From the sequence record DRR723986_6202: DNA of 57,027 bases. One strand, given 5' to 3'. Of this stretch, positions 8,818 through 19,406 are shown piece by piece; position 1 is the stretch's first letter; the number at the start of each line of letters is the position of its first letter. Below the pieces are notes generated by a model that saw nothing but the letters and a program-made list of their open reading frames with translations, did not search any database and was not told the DNA's origin. Both the position numbers and the translations under genes were made by a program.

Positions 8818-9801
8818 TCACTCGATGCCCAGGTCCTTGCGCACGTCCACATAGGTGTCGCGCAGGGCCAGCGAGCCGGACGTCAGGATGAGCGGCTCCG
8901 GTGCCTTGTTGTTGGCAATCCACTCGTACATGTTGAGTGCGGTTTCATAACCGTGGCGCTTCGGCGAGATAATGACCGTACCGTAGAAACCGGTCGCGCT
9001 CGGTTTCTTGAACTCGTTGATGGCCGATTCAGCACCGCCGATGCCAACGCCAATGACGTTCTCAGCCGGAATGCCGACCGATTCCGTGGCCCGGACCGCG
9101 CCGAGAACCGCTTCGTCGTTCAGGCCGAAGGCAATCCACTTCTTCACGTCCGCGTGCTGGTTGAGCACGGTGGTGGCAGCGTTCAGGGCCGCTTCGGTAT
9201 CGGTCTTGGCCTGGGGCGCGTCATAGATGTTTTCCGCGGGGAAGCCGGCAGCCGTCAGAGCTGCGATAGCACCTTCGACCCGATCGACGGCCGTCGGAAG
9301 CTGGTCGTAGGAAACGCGGATCGCGCCCACTTCGGACATGTCCCAGCCGCGCGCCTCGATCTCGGCCGCAATGGACTGACCAACGGTCTCGCCGATCTTT
9401 ACCGCGGAAATGCCCATGTGCGGCACGCTTTCGATGGGTTCGCCATCGGCGCCGACAAGTCGGTCATCCACGGTCATCAGCTTCAGGTCGTTGGCGGCTG
9501 CCTTGGCCACGATCCCCGGTCCGAGCTTCACATCCGGCACGCAGATGATGAAGCCCTGCGCGCCCTGCGCACCCAGGTTATCGATCGCTGCCTGAACCTT
9601 CTCTCCATCCGGTGCACCGATTTCAACAAGGGTAAACCCTTTTTCCTCGGCAGCCTTCTGGGCGAACTTCCACTCGTCCTGGAACCAGGGCTCCTCCGGC
9701 TGCTTGACGACGAAACCGATTTTCACGTCAGCGGCATGGGCAGAACCGACGAGGGCAAGGGCCATCACTCCGGTCAGAACGGCTTTCTTCAACACACGCA
9801 T
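8818..9801 (-). CDS. araF: L-arabinose/galactose-binding periplasmic protein
   Basis: Signal peptide ending AHA; KIGFVVKQPEEPWFQDEW, ICVPDVKLGP, TVDDRL; ATG 9801 with GGGAGG RBS. Confidence 0.9.
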   Translation of the reverse strand: MRVLKKAVLTGVMALALVGSAHAADVKIGFVVKQPEEPWFQDEWKFAQKAAEEKGFTLVEIGAPDGEKVQAAIDNLGAQGAQGFIICVPDVKLGPGIVAKAAANDLKLMTVDDRLVGADGEPIESVPHMGISAVKIGETVGQSIAAEIEARGWDMSEVGAIRVSYDQLPTAVDRVEGAIAALTAAGFPAENIYDAPQAKTDTEAALNAATTVLNQHADVKKWIAFGLNDEAVLGAVRATESVGIPAENVIGVGIGGAESAINEFKKPSATGFYGTVIISPKRHGYETALNMYEWIANNKAPEPLILTSGSLALRDTYVDVRKDLGIE

Positions 9802-9869
9802 TGCAGAACCTCCCAATTCGTTTCGAGGCGCCCAGCCTCCCGGGGCGCTTCAACAGACCTACTGTGAAT

Positions 9870-9910
9870 CATCATACCAGTCAATTGCCTTTGTATGATG
9901 TATCGGATAA
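9870..9910. promoter_or_regulatory. Candidate FadR/GntR operator region
   Basis: Inverted CATCATAC(9870-9877)/GTATGATG(9893-9900) and imperfect dyad TTGTATGATgtATCGGATAA (9891-9910) in the divergent intergenic region. Confidence 0.45.
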
Positions 9911-9977
9911 GGTTGCCCGACATTCGAAGACGGACAGTGAAACGCGCAGTTCGCGCAGAGCAAAAAATCCGCTAAAA

Positions 9978-10775
9978 ATGCGGGATCTCATTCCGCGGAA
10001 AACAGGGAGCAGGCCATTGGAAACGTTGAGGGAGGAGACGGCGACCGCTGATCAGAACAGTGGCAAGCGCCCTCGCGTGCGAAAGAATGTGACGGCTGCT
10101 CTGGCGGAAGACATCTGCTCTGAAAAATATCCGGTCGGCGCTCAGCTCCCGCGGGAAAACGACCTGTGCGAAATCTATGGCGTCAGCCGCACGGTCATTC
10201 GCGAATCCATCAAGGTTCTGGAATCCAAAGGCATGCTGCGGGTGAAGCCTCGCGTGGGAACCGTGGTGACCGACCGGGAGGACTGGAACATACTGGATGG
10301 GGAAGTGCTCGATTGGATCGGCCCCTTCATCCATGAGTTCGACTTGCTTGGATGCATACTGGAAGCCCGGCGCACGATTGAGCCGGCAGCAGCGGAATTT
10401 GCGGCCAAACGCGCCACCTTGCAGGAAATTGCGGCGCTGGAAGCGGCCTGGATGCGGATGCGCGACTCAAGTTCCGACCCTGAAGCCTTCACCGAGGCGG
10501 ACGTCGATTTCCATAGCGTGCTTATGGCCGCCAGCCACAATCAGGTGTTTCGGCGTCTTTCCAGTGCCATTCATACGGCCCTGCATTATACGCTGCATGC
10601 GTCCAACACCGCGGTGGAGAGCCGGGACCTTGCCATCGAACTGCATGGCGAACTTGTGGATGCCCTGCGTCTGCGCGATGCGCCGCGAGCCCGGGAAGCC
10701 TCGAACCGGATGCTTGACCTGGCCGAGCATGACCTGACTGCGGCCCAGGCTGCTGCAGGGCGTGTCGATCTCTGA
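9978..10775 (+). CDS. FadR/GntR-family regulator (DgoR-like); start codon uncertain
   Basis: LPRENDLCEIYGVSRTVIRESIKVLESKGML...PRVGT HTH, WNILD, FCD domain (ADVDFH...ASHN). Confidence 0.88.
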   Translation: MRDLIPRKTGSRPLETLREETATADQNSGKRPRVRKNVTAALAEDICSEKYPVGAQLPRENDLCEIYGVSRTVIRESIKVLESKGMLRVKPRVGTVVTDREDWNILDGEVLDWIGPFIHEFDLLGCILEARRTIEPAAAEFAAKRATLQEIAALEAAWMRMRDSSSDPEAFTEADVDFHSVLMAASHNQVFRRLSSAIHTALHYTLHASNTAVESRDLAIELHGELVDALRLRDAPRAREASNRMLDLAEHDLTAAQAAAGRVDL

Positions 10776-10827
10776 CCACCCCTTCGCCTGCCGCCCGATG
10801 ACGTCGCCTTTGCCGGAAACTTAAAGA

Positions 10828-11976
10828 ATGAAGATCACCAAACTCACGACCTATATCGTGCCGCCGCGCTGGCTTTTCCTGAAGATCGAAACCGATGAAG
10901 GCGTCACCGGCTGGGGCGAACCCGTGGTCGAAGGCCGTGCCCTGACCACGGAAGCGGCTGTCCATGAACTTTCCGACTATCTCATCGGCAAGGATCCCTT
11001 CTTGATCGAGGACCATTGGACGGTGCTTTATCGAGGCGGATTTTACCGGGGCGGCGCGATACACATGAGCGCCCTTGCGGGCATCGACCAGGCCTTGTGG
11101 GACATCAAGGGAAAGGCTCTCGGCCAGCCGGTTCACTCGCTGCTTGGCGGCCAGGTGCGGGACAGGATCAAGGTCTACTCCTGGATTGGAGGCGACAGGC
11201 CTTCGGAGCTGGCGGACAACGCCAGGCAGGTGGTCGAGAGCGGCTTCAAGGCGCTGAAAATGAACGGTTGCGCCGAGCTTCAGATCGTCGACAGCAACTC
11301 ACGGCTGGACAAGGCTGTGGAGGCGATCGCGAGTGTGCGCGAGGCCGTTGGTCCGGACATCGGCATTGCTGTGGACTTCCACGGGCGGGTGCACAAGCCC
11401 ATGGCCAAGGTCCTGGCGCGGGAACTTGATCCCTACAAGCTGATGTTCATTGAAGAACCGGTGCTTTCCGAAAACAAGGAAGCCCTGCGCGATATCGTCA
11501 ATCACACCTCGACGCCGATTGCCCTTGGCGAAAGACTTTATTCCCGCTGGGACTTCAAGTCTGTTTTGTCCGACGGCTATGTGGACATCATCCAGCCGGA
11601 TCTGTCACACGCGGGCGGGATCACGGAATGCCGGAAGATCGCCGCGATGGCCGAAGCTTACGATGTTGCGCTCGCGCCCCATTGCCCGCTTGGCCCCATC
11701 GCCCTTGCCGCCTGCCTCCAGGTCGATGCGGTGTCCTACAATGCCTTCATTCAGGAACAGAGCCTCGGCATCCATTACAACAAGTCCAACGACCTGCTGG
11801 ACTACATCACCAATGCCGATGTCTTCGCCTATGCGGACGGCTTTGCCGCCATCCCGCAGGGACCAGGCCTCGGCGTCGAGGTGAACGAGGATTATGTCGT
11901 CGAGCGCGCCAAGGAAGGCCACCGCTGGCGCAATCCCATATGGCGTCATGAAGACGGAAGTCTCGCCGAGTGGTGA
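10828..11976 (+). CDS. dgoD: D-galactonate dehydratase
   Basis: [50 protein letters not shown]-terminal [16 protein letters not shown]. Confidence 0.95.
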   Translation: MKITKLTTYIVPPRWLFLKIETDEGVTGWGEPVVEGRALTTEAAVHELSDYLIGKDPFLIEDHWTVLYRGGFYRGGAIHMSALAGIDQALWDIKGKALGQPVHSLLGGQVRDRIKVYSWIGGDRPSELADNARQVVESGFKALKMNGCAELQIVDSNSRLDKAVEAIASVREAVGPDIGIAVDFHGRVHKPMAKVLARELDPYKLMFIEEPVLSENKEALRDIVNHTSTPIALGERLYSRWDFKSVLSDGYVDIIQPDLSHAGGITECRKIAAMAEAYDVALAPHCPLGPIALAACLQVDAVSYNAFIQEQSLGIHYNKSNDLLDYITNADVFAYADGFAAIPQGPGLGVEVNEDYVVERAKEGHRWRNPIWRHEDGSLAEW

Positions 11977-12011
11977 CTTGAACCACCTTGAATGAACCCT
12001 GACGGGGCGTC

Positions 12012-14687
12012 TCAGGACGCCTCGCGCCAGCGCTCCTCGCGAACGAATTCGATCAGCCTGTCCGAGGGCATCGCCGGTGCAAAGGCATAACCCTGCAGGG
12101 CATCGCAGCCAAGGTCGCGCAGGATCCTGGCATGCTCCATGGTTTCCACGCCTTCGGCGACAACCTTGATGCCGAGCGACTGCCCGATTTCGATGATCGA
12201 TGCCACCAGGCGGCGCTGGCCTTCCGAATGGGTGATCGGGATGACCAGCTGACGATCGATCTTCAGCCGTTTCGGACGCAGGTGAATGAGGCTGACGATG
12301 GAGGCATAGCCCGTGCCGAAATCATCGATCTCGATGTCGATGCCCATGTCCCGCAGGTGTTCGAAATTGGCGGCGATGAGATCGTTCTTGTCGTCCAAAA
12401 AGATGGATTCCAGAAGTTCGAAGGACAGTGACCCGGGTTCGAAGGCAAGACCGTCGAGGCTCTGCATCAGGTTGGCGTCGTTGAGCCTGCCAGCCGACAC
12501 GTTGACCGACATTTTCGGAATATGGATTCCGGCTGCCTTCCAGCGCGCGGACTGCCACAGGGTCTGTTCCAGAATAATCCGGTCGATCAGCGGCACCACA
12601 TTAAGCTCGTCGGCCGTTTTCAGGAACACGTCCGGTGTGAGGATGCCTTCGGTGGGATGGTTCCAGCGCGCCAGTGCCTCGACACCGGTGATCGCCAGCG
12701 TTCTCGCATCGAACTGCGGCTGGAAGTACGGCAGGAATTCCTGACGCTCCAATGCACACAGGATGTCGTCGGCAACCTGCTTGTTGCGGACGATTTCCGA
12801 CTTCAGCGTGTCGGAGAAGAATTCGAACCGGTTGCGGCCGTTGCTCTTGGCCCGGTAGAGGGCGATGTCGGCATCGACCAGCAGGTGCCGGCCGTAGTCG
12901 CTCAAGGTCGTGTCGGCCATGGCAATGCCGATGGACACGCCGAAGCGGCATTGATGATTTTCGAAAGTCACCGGCTGACGCATCTGCTCGATGATCTTTT
13001 CAGCAAGGGTGGCCAGGCTTTTCTCGTCGGTCGGCTCGGTGATGGCAATGACGAACTCGTCACCGCCGATGCGAGCGACGAACTCGCTGGAACTGACGTT
13101 TTCCATCAGCACCGACGCGGCATGGGTAAGCATCGAGTCGCCGGCAGCGTGGCCAAGCGTATCGTTGATATGCTTGAAGCGATCGAGATCGATATGCAGC
13201 AGCGCCGTCGGCTTGTGCGGGGCCTGCTCGTCCAATAGCTGCCGGTCCAGGAACCGGCGGTTCGGGAGACCGGTCAGACTGTCGTGCAGCGAATGGTGCT
13301 CCATCAGCGCACGGGCATCTTCCAGTTCGCGGTTCCGGTCTTCGGCATTCTGCTTGGCGTTGAGCAGCCGGGTCTTGAGCTGGAAATCCCGGGAAACATC
13401 CCAGTTGACGCCCAGAATGTACCGTTGGCCGCGAGTGTTGGTGTGAACGGCGCCGATGGCCCGGATCCAGCGGGTGGAGCCGTCCTGAAGGATCACACGG
13501 AAGTCGGAATGATAAGTTCCGCCGGTGTCGATCGCGTCCCAATATTCTTTTTCGGCCCGTTTCAGATCCTCCGGGTGCAGGCACTCGGACCAAACATCGT
13601 ATTGCGAGGTGTCGCGCCACTCCGGGATATCGTAAAGCTCCCGCATCCGGCTGTCCCAGGTCAACACACCGGTGTTCAGGTTCAGTTCCCAGATGCCTAT
13701 CTTGGAGGTGTCGAGAGCCAGCTTCAGGCGCTGAGACAGGCCTTCCATCTGCACCTGGCGGCGTCTCAGTTCGCGGATATGCCCGCGCCGCTGGTCGTAA
13801 AGCTGTCCAGCGATGAAGATCGGCAACAGAACCAGCAGCCCTCCGGCCAGCATCAACAGCCGAACTTTCCAGGCGTTGTCCGGCATTGCCGACCAACCGC
13901 CACGCGGGATCGCCGCAATCCGCCAACGCCCGGTCGGCAGAACCACCTCTGACAACACCGGGTTCTGGGACAGAATGTTCTCGTCCCCGAAGAAAACCGA
14001 CTTGTCCGCCATGGTCGCATCGCGGCCCATGATCGCGATATCCACCGGGAGCGCCGCGTCCAGCAAGCCGCTGTCGGCATAAAGCCTGTCGGCGTCGACG
14101 ACAGCAGCAACCAGCCCCCAAAGGCGCCTCGTGCCATCATCATTTTCGGTAAAGACAGGGAAGCGTCCGACGAACCCCTTGCCCCCCTGCAAAAGATCGA
14201 CGGGCCCGGCAAGCACCATCTCGCCTGAATTCACCGCCCGAAGGGCCGCATCACGCTGCTGCTCGTTTTTCCGGTAATCGAGCCCGATGGCCTTTTCGTT
14301 GCCGGTCATCGGATACATCAGCCTGACGACAAGATCCGGTGCGCCGGCGACGTTGCGAAGCTGCGAGTGATTGCCGATGAGACCACTGGAAATCCGGCCG
14401 AACTGGTCCTGATCAATATCCGGCTGTGTCGCAATCAGCGCAACAAGCCCCCGGACAAGCTGCAGGTTGCTGTTGATGTTGCCTTCCAGCCGGGCACGGA
14501 CAATGCCGAGTTGCTCGGCGACATTCGCGCGCGCACTCTGCAGATGCACGGACCGGTTCTGAACTTCCGCGAATATTCCGGCAGCAATTGTCACGGCAAG
14601 GGCAATGCCGATCGCCGCAACGCTGGCCAGGCTGGGCCGTGTCAGAATATGACTGGCTCCAATTCGGGAAAAAAATGTCTTCGGCAT
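12012..14687 (-). CDS. CHASE-PAS-GGDEF-EAL membrane c-di-GMP enzyme
   Basis: Two TMs flanking a CHASE domain (GPVDLLQGG); PAS (GIWE...LHPED); HDSLTGLPNR, GGDEF, EAL and DDFGTGY all intact. Confidence 0.92.
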   Translation of the reverse strand: MPKTFFSRIGASHILTRPSLASVAAIGIALAVTIAAGIFAEVQNRSVHLQSARANVAEQLGIVRARLEGNINSNLQLVRGLVALIATQPDIDQDQFGRISSGLIGNHSQLRNVAGAPDLVVRLMYPMTGNEKAIGLDYRKNEQQRDAALRAVNSGEMVLAGPVDLLQGGKGFVGRFPVFTENDDGTRRLWGLVAAVVDADRLYADSGLLDAALPVDIAIMGRDATMADKSVFFGDENILSQNPVLSEVVLPTGRWRIAAIPRGGWSAMPDNAWKVRLLMLAGGLLVLLPIFIAGQLYDQRRGHIRELRRRQVQMEGLSQRLKLALDTSKIGIWELNLNTGVLTWDSRMRELYDIPEWRDTSQYDVWSECLHPEDLKRAEKEYWDAIDTGGTYHSDFRVILQDGSTRWIRAIGAVHTNTRGQRYILGVNWDVSRDFQLKTRLLNAKQNAEDRNRELEDARALMEHHSLHDSLTGLPNRRFLDRQLLDEQAPHKPTALLHIDLDRFKHINDTLGHAAGDSMLTHAASVLMENVSSSEFVARIGGDEFVIAITEPTDEKSLATLAEKIIEQMRQPVTFENHQCRFGVSIGIAMADTTLSDYGRHLLVDADIALYRAKSNGRNRFEFFSDTLKSEIVRNKQVADDILCALERQEFLPYFQPQFDARTLAITGVEALARWNHPTEGILTPDVFLKTADELNVVPLIDRIILEQTLWQSARWKAAGIHIPKMSVNVSAGRLNDANLMQSLDGLAFEPGSLSFELLESIFLDDKNDLIAANFEHLRDMGIDIEIDDFGTGYASIVSLIHLRPKRLKIDRQLVIPITHSEGQRRLVASIIEIGQSLGIKVVAEGVETMEHARILRDLGCDALQGYAFAPAMPSDRLIEFVREERWREAS

Positions 14688-14850
14688 CTCATCTCGTTAG
14701 GTCGAGAAATCTCCAATGGCCAACGATCAGGACACCGCAGTCTTGGAGCTTATCTCAGAATAACCTTAAAAACGAAACAAATGCCTAAAGGTCACTTTAC
14801 AGTTTGAGTGAAGGGATTGAGCGATATTGCTTCAGAGCTTTTGTGCTGTT

Positions 14851-15756
14851 CTAACGCAGCAGGATAACCCCCACGACCGCCGCAACGATGAGCATGCAGC
14901 CGAAAATCTCGGACCGGGCGATCGCTTCCTTGAACACCAGCCATGACACCAGAAAGGTGAACACGAGTTCGACCTGGGCAAGTGCGCGTACATAGGCAAC
15001 GTTTTGCAGCGTCATTGCCGTGAACCAGCCGACAGACCCGGCCACGCCGGAAGCGCCAACCCAGACGGCTGCTCGCCAGGCGCGAAGACTGGCACGCAAC
15101 TGGTCCGGTTCACGCAGCACCATCCAGCTTGCCATGACGATTGTCTGAAAAGCCGTTGCATAAACCAGCGCGTAGGCGGCCTGCATCGGTACCCCGGTGC
15201 CTTCCAGCGACAGTGAAGCCGTGCGGTAGGCGACGGCGGACGCTCCGAAAAAGGCAGCCGAGGCAAGGCCGATCAATGCCGGACGTCCGACTAGCGACGT
15301 GCGGATGGCAGCCAGTGTCAACGGAACCCGCGCCAACGAAATGACCACCACACCGATGACGCCGACCAGAATGCACAGTCCAGCCGCCAGGGAAATGTGT
15401 TCGCCGAGAACGACGAAGCCGAAGAGCGCCGCCTGGATCGGTTCTGTCTTGGAATAGGCGGTCCCGACGGCAAAGTTGCGGAAGGAGAACAGGTGGATCA
15501 GCAGAAACGTGCCGAGAATCTGCGCCAGACCGCCCAGGGCACCGGCAATCAAAAGCGTTGGTGTCGGTTCAGGCAGCGGGAACTTGAACACGACGTGCAG
15601 CACGGCAGCATAGGCGATCGCAAAAGGCACGCCGTAGCCGAACCGCACAAATGTTGCCCCGGTGGTGCCAAGCTGACCTTTCAGGTGTTTCTGGAGGGCC
15701 GTGCGCAGGTTCTGACAGAACGCTGCTGCAATGGTGATCGGGATCCATAATTCCAC
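14851..15756 (-). CDS. DMT/EamA-family transporter
   Basis: About 10 TM helices with an internal repeat; QNLRTALQK, YSKTEP, ALAQVEL; GTG start. Confidence 0.85.
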   Translation of the reverse strand: MELWIPITIAAAFCQNLRTALQKHLKGQLGTTGATFVRFGYGVPFAIAYAAVLHVVFKFPLPEPTPTLLIAGALGGLAQILGTFLLIHLFSFRNFAVGTAYSKTEPIQAALFGFVVLGEHISLAAGLCILVGVIGVVVISLARVPLTLAAIRTSLVGRPALIGLASAAFFGASAVAYRTASLSLEGTGVPMQAAYALVYATAFQTIVMASWMVLREPDQLRASLRAWRAAVWVGASGVAGSVGWFTAMTLQNVAYVRALAQVELVFTFLVSWLVFKEAIARSEIFGCMLIVAAVVGVILLR

Positions 15757-16021
15757 GGAAAGTACTCTTGTCGATTTTGTTGAATTGATTTCACCCTAGC
15801 GATTTGGTCACCGCTTTAAACTGCCGTGATCGCAACCAACATTTTATTTTTTCTCAACTCATCGACCTGGACGACAGGTGTAATCCAGCCAGCATTCCCC
15901 CGAGAATGGCGGCTTGATTGACGGCTACAGGACATCTGCCGACCCTCCCGTGCTTGACAGCACCTTGCCGGGCGGCTTAGGTCCGCGCCAGAAATGTTAA
16001 CGCCCGGAGACCATCTGCCTG

Positions 16022-16873
16022 ATGACCCACGATCTCGCTTCCCTGTCCAAGATCATCGACGCCGCCTTCGAAGACCGTGCAGCCATCGACACCACGACCA
16101 CCGGTGAAGTCCGGGACGCGGTCGAGGAAACTTTGAACCTGCTCGACCGTGGCAAGCTGCGCGTTGCGGAGAAGAAGGATGGCGACTGGGCGGTCAACCA
16201 GTGGGCCAAGAAGGCTGTTCTGCTGTCGTTCCGCCTGAACCCGATGGACATCATCAAGGGCGGCCCCGGCGACGCCACCTGGTGGGACAAGGTGCCGTCC
16301 AAGTTCGACGGCTGGCGCGGCATGGATTTTGAAAACGCCGGTTTCCGCGCCGTGCCGAACTGCATCGTTCGCCGCTCTGCCTTTATCGGCAAGGGCGTGG
16401 TCCTGATGCCGTCCTTCGTCAATCTCGGTGCTTTTGTTGACGAAGGCACAATGGTCGACACATGGGCGACCGTCGGCTCCTGCGCCCAGATCGGCAAGAA
16501 CGTCCACCTGTCCGGCGGCGTCGGCATCGGCGGCGTTCTGGAACCGCTCCAGGCCGGTCCGGTGATCATCGAAGACAATTGCTTTATCGGCGCACGCTCC
16601 GAAGTGGTCGAAGGCTGCATCGTGCGCGAAGGTTCCGTGCTCGGCATGGGTGTCTTCATTGGCCAGTCCACCCGCATCGTCAACCGCATGACCGGCGAGA
16701 TCACCTACGGCGAAGTACCGCCCTACTCCGTGGTTGTCGCAGGTTCCATGCCGACGTCCAGCGTGATGGGCAACGGCGAAGCCGCTCCGAACCTTTACTG
16801 CGCCGTAATCGTGAAGACGGTTGACGAAAAGACCCGCTCCAAGACCGGCATCAACGAACTTCTGCGCGACTGA
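16022..16873 (+). CDS. dapD: Tetrahydrodipicolinate N-succinyltransferase
   Basis: [22 protein letters not shown], hexapeptide repeats, [20 protein letters not shown]. Confidence 0.97.
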   Translation: MTHDLASLSKIIDAAFEDRAAIDTTTTGEVRDAVEETLNLLDRGKLRVAEKKDGDWAVNQWAKKAVLLSFRLNPMDIIKGGPGDATWWDKVPSKFDGWRGMDFENAGFRAVPNCIVRRSAFIGKGVVLMPSFVNLGAFVDEGTMVDTWATVGSCAQIGKNVHLSGGVGIGGVLEPLQAGPVIIEDNCFIGARSEVVEGCIVREGSVLGMGVFIGQSTRIVNRMTGEITYGEVPPYSVVVAGSMPTSSVMGNGEAAPNLYCAVIVKTVDEKTRSKTGINELLRD

Positions 16874-16919
16874 CGCAGACCAGGGAGCGCAACGAGCGCC
16901 TTGATATCTGGAAATCCGG

Positions 16920-16949
16920 AAAGCCCCGCCCTAACCCGGCGGGGTTTTT
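16920..16949 (+). terminator. Rho-independent terminator of dapD (possibly bidirectional)
   Basis: GCCCCGCC-ctaaccc-GGCGGGGT followed by TTTT, preceded by AAA. Confidence 0.75.
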
Positions 16950-17542
16950 CATGCGCCCCACAAAAGCCCGACCACCTGGGAAATCACGAGCGTGAGCAAC
17001 ACATCCAGGACGACGACGCCGATGGTCAGGCTCACGGTTGTCTGAAGCGCGATGCGGGCGACCTGGTAGCGATACCAGATCACGACAAAGAGGCAGGTCA
17101 GCGACAACAAGACAACGATGCCAGGCGAGATAACGTCCAGAAGAAACAGGATGTAGGTAAAGAGATACGGCACCGACGCGAGCAGGCTTGTCCAGTTGCG
17201 TACGACAATGAACGACACGTAGCGGTTCGAAATGCCTATCGGCGCTGCCAGCAACGCCAGCAACAACGGTAGTGCCAGCCAGTCGACGCCCATTCCCAGG
17301 AACTGGGCAAACCAGTAGCTACCGTTCGGAAAGGCGTCGGGATGGTAGAGGTTCTCGGCGAAAAAGAGCCGCTTTTCCGCAAGGCAACTGACCACGTAAA
17401 CCGGCACCAGCAGAAAGATGACGGAGAACGAACGCCAGAACCCCTGAATGGACTGGTCGAAAAACGCCATTCCTTCCGGACGGTTGCGCAGAAGCAACCA
17501 GGACCCGTCCAATGCCGCGCGAATTTCGACCTTGCTGATCAA
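16949..17542 (-). CDS. Hypothetical inner-membrane protein
   Basis: About 5 TM helices, GFWRSF motif; TTG start overlaps the dapE stop. Confidence 0.75.
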   Translation of the reverse strand: MISKVEIRAALDGSWLLLRNRPEGMAFFDQSIQGFWRSFSVIFLLVPVYVVSCLAEKRLFFAENLYHPDAFPNGSYWFAQFLGMGVDWLALPLLLALLAAPIGISNRYVSFIVVRNWTSLLASVPYLFTYILFLLDVISPGIVVLLSLTCLFVVIWYRYQVARIALQTTVSLTIGVVVLDVLLTLVISQVVGLLWGA

Positions 17543-18711
17543 TTCCCGTCTGCTCCGGAAAAATAGCTGAAGAGGAATTTTTTGTAGATTGCTGCCAGCC
17601 GGTCAAGGTCCTCAACCGCGACACATTCGTCCACCTTGTGCATCGTCTGGCCGACAAGGCCAAATTCCACGACGGGGCAGTAGTTCTTTATGAAGCGGGC
17701 GTCTGATGTTCCTCCGCCCGTTGAAAGCTCCGGAACCCGGCCGGTTTCCGCTTCCACAGCCTTGCTCAGGGCCTCGATCAGGACTTCGTCCCGCGTCAGG
17801 AAGGATTCGCTGGCATCGCGCTTGAACTCCAGCCCAAGCGCCAGGTTTCCAAGGTCTACCGCTTCAAGCGTCTCGGTGATGCGGGCCTTGAGGCTCTCCA
17901 GCGTCCATTCGTCATTGTAGCGAATGTTGAAACGGGCTTCTGCCCGCGCCGGAATGACGTTGAAGGCCGGATTACCAACATCAGCGGAGACAATCTCCAG
18001 ATTGGACGGCTGAAAGCGTTCGTTGCCCTTGTCCAGTTCCAGCGCATCAAGCGCGGCCAGAAGGCGAACCAGGCCCGGGATCGGGTTGTCGGCCAGATGC
18101 GGGTAGGCGGCGTGGCCCTGGACACCCCGGACCGTGATGGTGCCGGACAGCGATCCGCGCCGTCCGACCTTGATGGCATCGCCGAGCACATCCGGATTGG
18201 TCGGCTCGCCGACGATGCAGGCATCGAACACATGCCCTTGTTCCCTGGCCCACTGAAGCAGCTTGACGGTGCCGTTGACTGCCGGGCCTTCCTCGTCGCC
18301 GGTGATGAGAAAGGAAATCGTGCCGCCAAAATCCGGGCCTTTTTCGGCAACGTAATCAAGCGCTGCTGCTGCAAAGGCCGCGATGCCGCCTTTCATGTCG
18401 ACTGCGCCCCGGCCAAACAGCATGCCGTTGTCGATGGTCCCCTCAAACGGGCCGTGCCGCCAGTCGCTCTCGGCACCGGCCGGAACCACATCCGTATGGC
18501 CTGCAAAGACGAAATGCGGCGCACCGCTGCCGATGGAGGCGAACAGGTTCTCCACGTCCGGCGTGTCCTCGTCCTGGAACGTGACGCGCGACACGGCAAA
18601 CCCGGCCTTGCCGAGCAACGCTTCCAGCGATGCCAGCGCGCCGCCTTCGGCAGGGGTCACGGACGGGCAACGGATCAGGTCCTGTGCGATTGCGACGGCG
18701 GAAGTGGGCAT
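17539..18711 (-). CDS. dapE: Succinyl-diaminopimelate desuccinylase
   Basis: FAGHTDVVP, GRGAVDMKG, TGDEEG, GRRGS, GGTSDARF, MHKVDE; ATG 18711. Confidence 0.96.
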   Translation of the reverse strand: MPTSAVAIAQDLIRCPSVTPAEGGALASLEALLGKAGFAVSRVTFQDEDTPDVENLFASIGSGAPHFVFAGHTDVVPAGAESDWRHGPFEGTIDNGMLFGRGAVDMKGGIAAFAAAALDYVAEKGPDFGGTISFLITGDEEGPAVNGTVKLLQWAREQGHVFDACIVGEPTNPDVLGDAIKVGRRGSLSGTITVRGVQGHAAYPHLADNPIPGLVRLLAALDALELDKGNERFQPSNLEIVSADVGNPAFNVIPARAEARFNIRYNDEWTLESLKARITETLEAVDLGNLALGLEFKRDASESFLTRDEVLIEALSKAVEAETGRVPELSTGGGTSDARFIKNYCPVVEFGLVGQTMHKVDECVAVEDLDRLAAIYKKFLFSYFSGADGN

Positions 18712-18754
18712 GAAACAGTCTCTTTGGTTAGTCGTATGCAAGGCTCACGCGCGT

Positions 18755-19180
18755 TCAGCGCTTGCGCCAGTAGCTGTTTGGCATCGGGCCATGGCGGTTC
18801 GGCTGGCCCTGGCTCGGCACAACGCCGAGAAAGATCAGCATGATCACATTCAGGATCGGAACGAAGATCAAAAGTGCGAGGAACCCGCTCTGACCGATGT
18901 CCTGCAGGCGCTTGACGACCAGTGCCAGCTCCACCCACTGCAGAACGAAAAACAGAACCGGAAACAGCGGATTCGTGCCGATATAGTCGCCGGAAATCAT
19001 CGATTCAGGCGTCGGCGTTTCAGCGGAGGAAAGCCACCATATCCGCAGCGCAATGCCGAAGATGATCCAGCTGACAAGGAAACACAGCCAATAGGGTTCC
19101 CGGCCCATACGACCGATAGGGCTCAAAAGGGCCCAGATCGGCCCCGGGGCAGTATTCGCGCTCTGTGGGGGCGTTGTCAT
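18755..19180 (-). CDS. DUF805 membrane protein
   Basis: GRMGREPYW...VKRLQDIGQSG...PNRHG motif set. Confidence 0.85.
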   Translation of the reverse strand: MTTPPQSANTAPGPIWALLSPIGRMGREPYWLCFLVSWIIFGIALRIWWLSSAETPTPESMISGDYIGTNPLFPVLFFVLQWVELALVVKRLQDIGQSGFLALLIFVPILNVIMLIFLGVVPSQGQPNRHGPMPNSYWRKR

Positions 19181-19406
19181 TCCATCCAGCTCAGGTTCGA
19201 TTGATCTGGCAAGGAGGTAGACGCATACGCGGGCCGGATCAAGGTCTGTTACACAGTCGCACCGGCCTTGGCCAGTGCGTAATCATGCGAATTGTGCCAG
19301 TCGTATAGTTTGCACCCCTATTACCTTGGGTAATTTTAATGGATTTTGCACGTTCGGCGTGCCAATCCTAATTTTGAAGGTTCACTGCCGACGAGGGGGC
19401 TCGCTG

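Noticed and set aside
14760-14800. CtrA site upstream of the GGDEF-EAL gene
   Set aside because: The best match (CTAA-N7-TTTA) has two mismatches in AT-rich DNA; too weak.
16022-18711. Convergent dapD and dapE as evidence of an inversion
   Set aside because: No flanking repeats or recombinase are visible, and this cannot be judged without comparison genomes.
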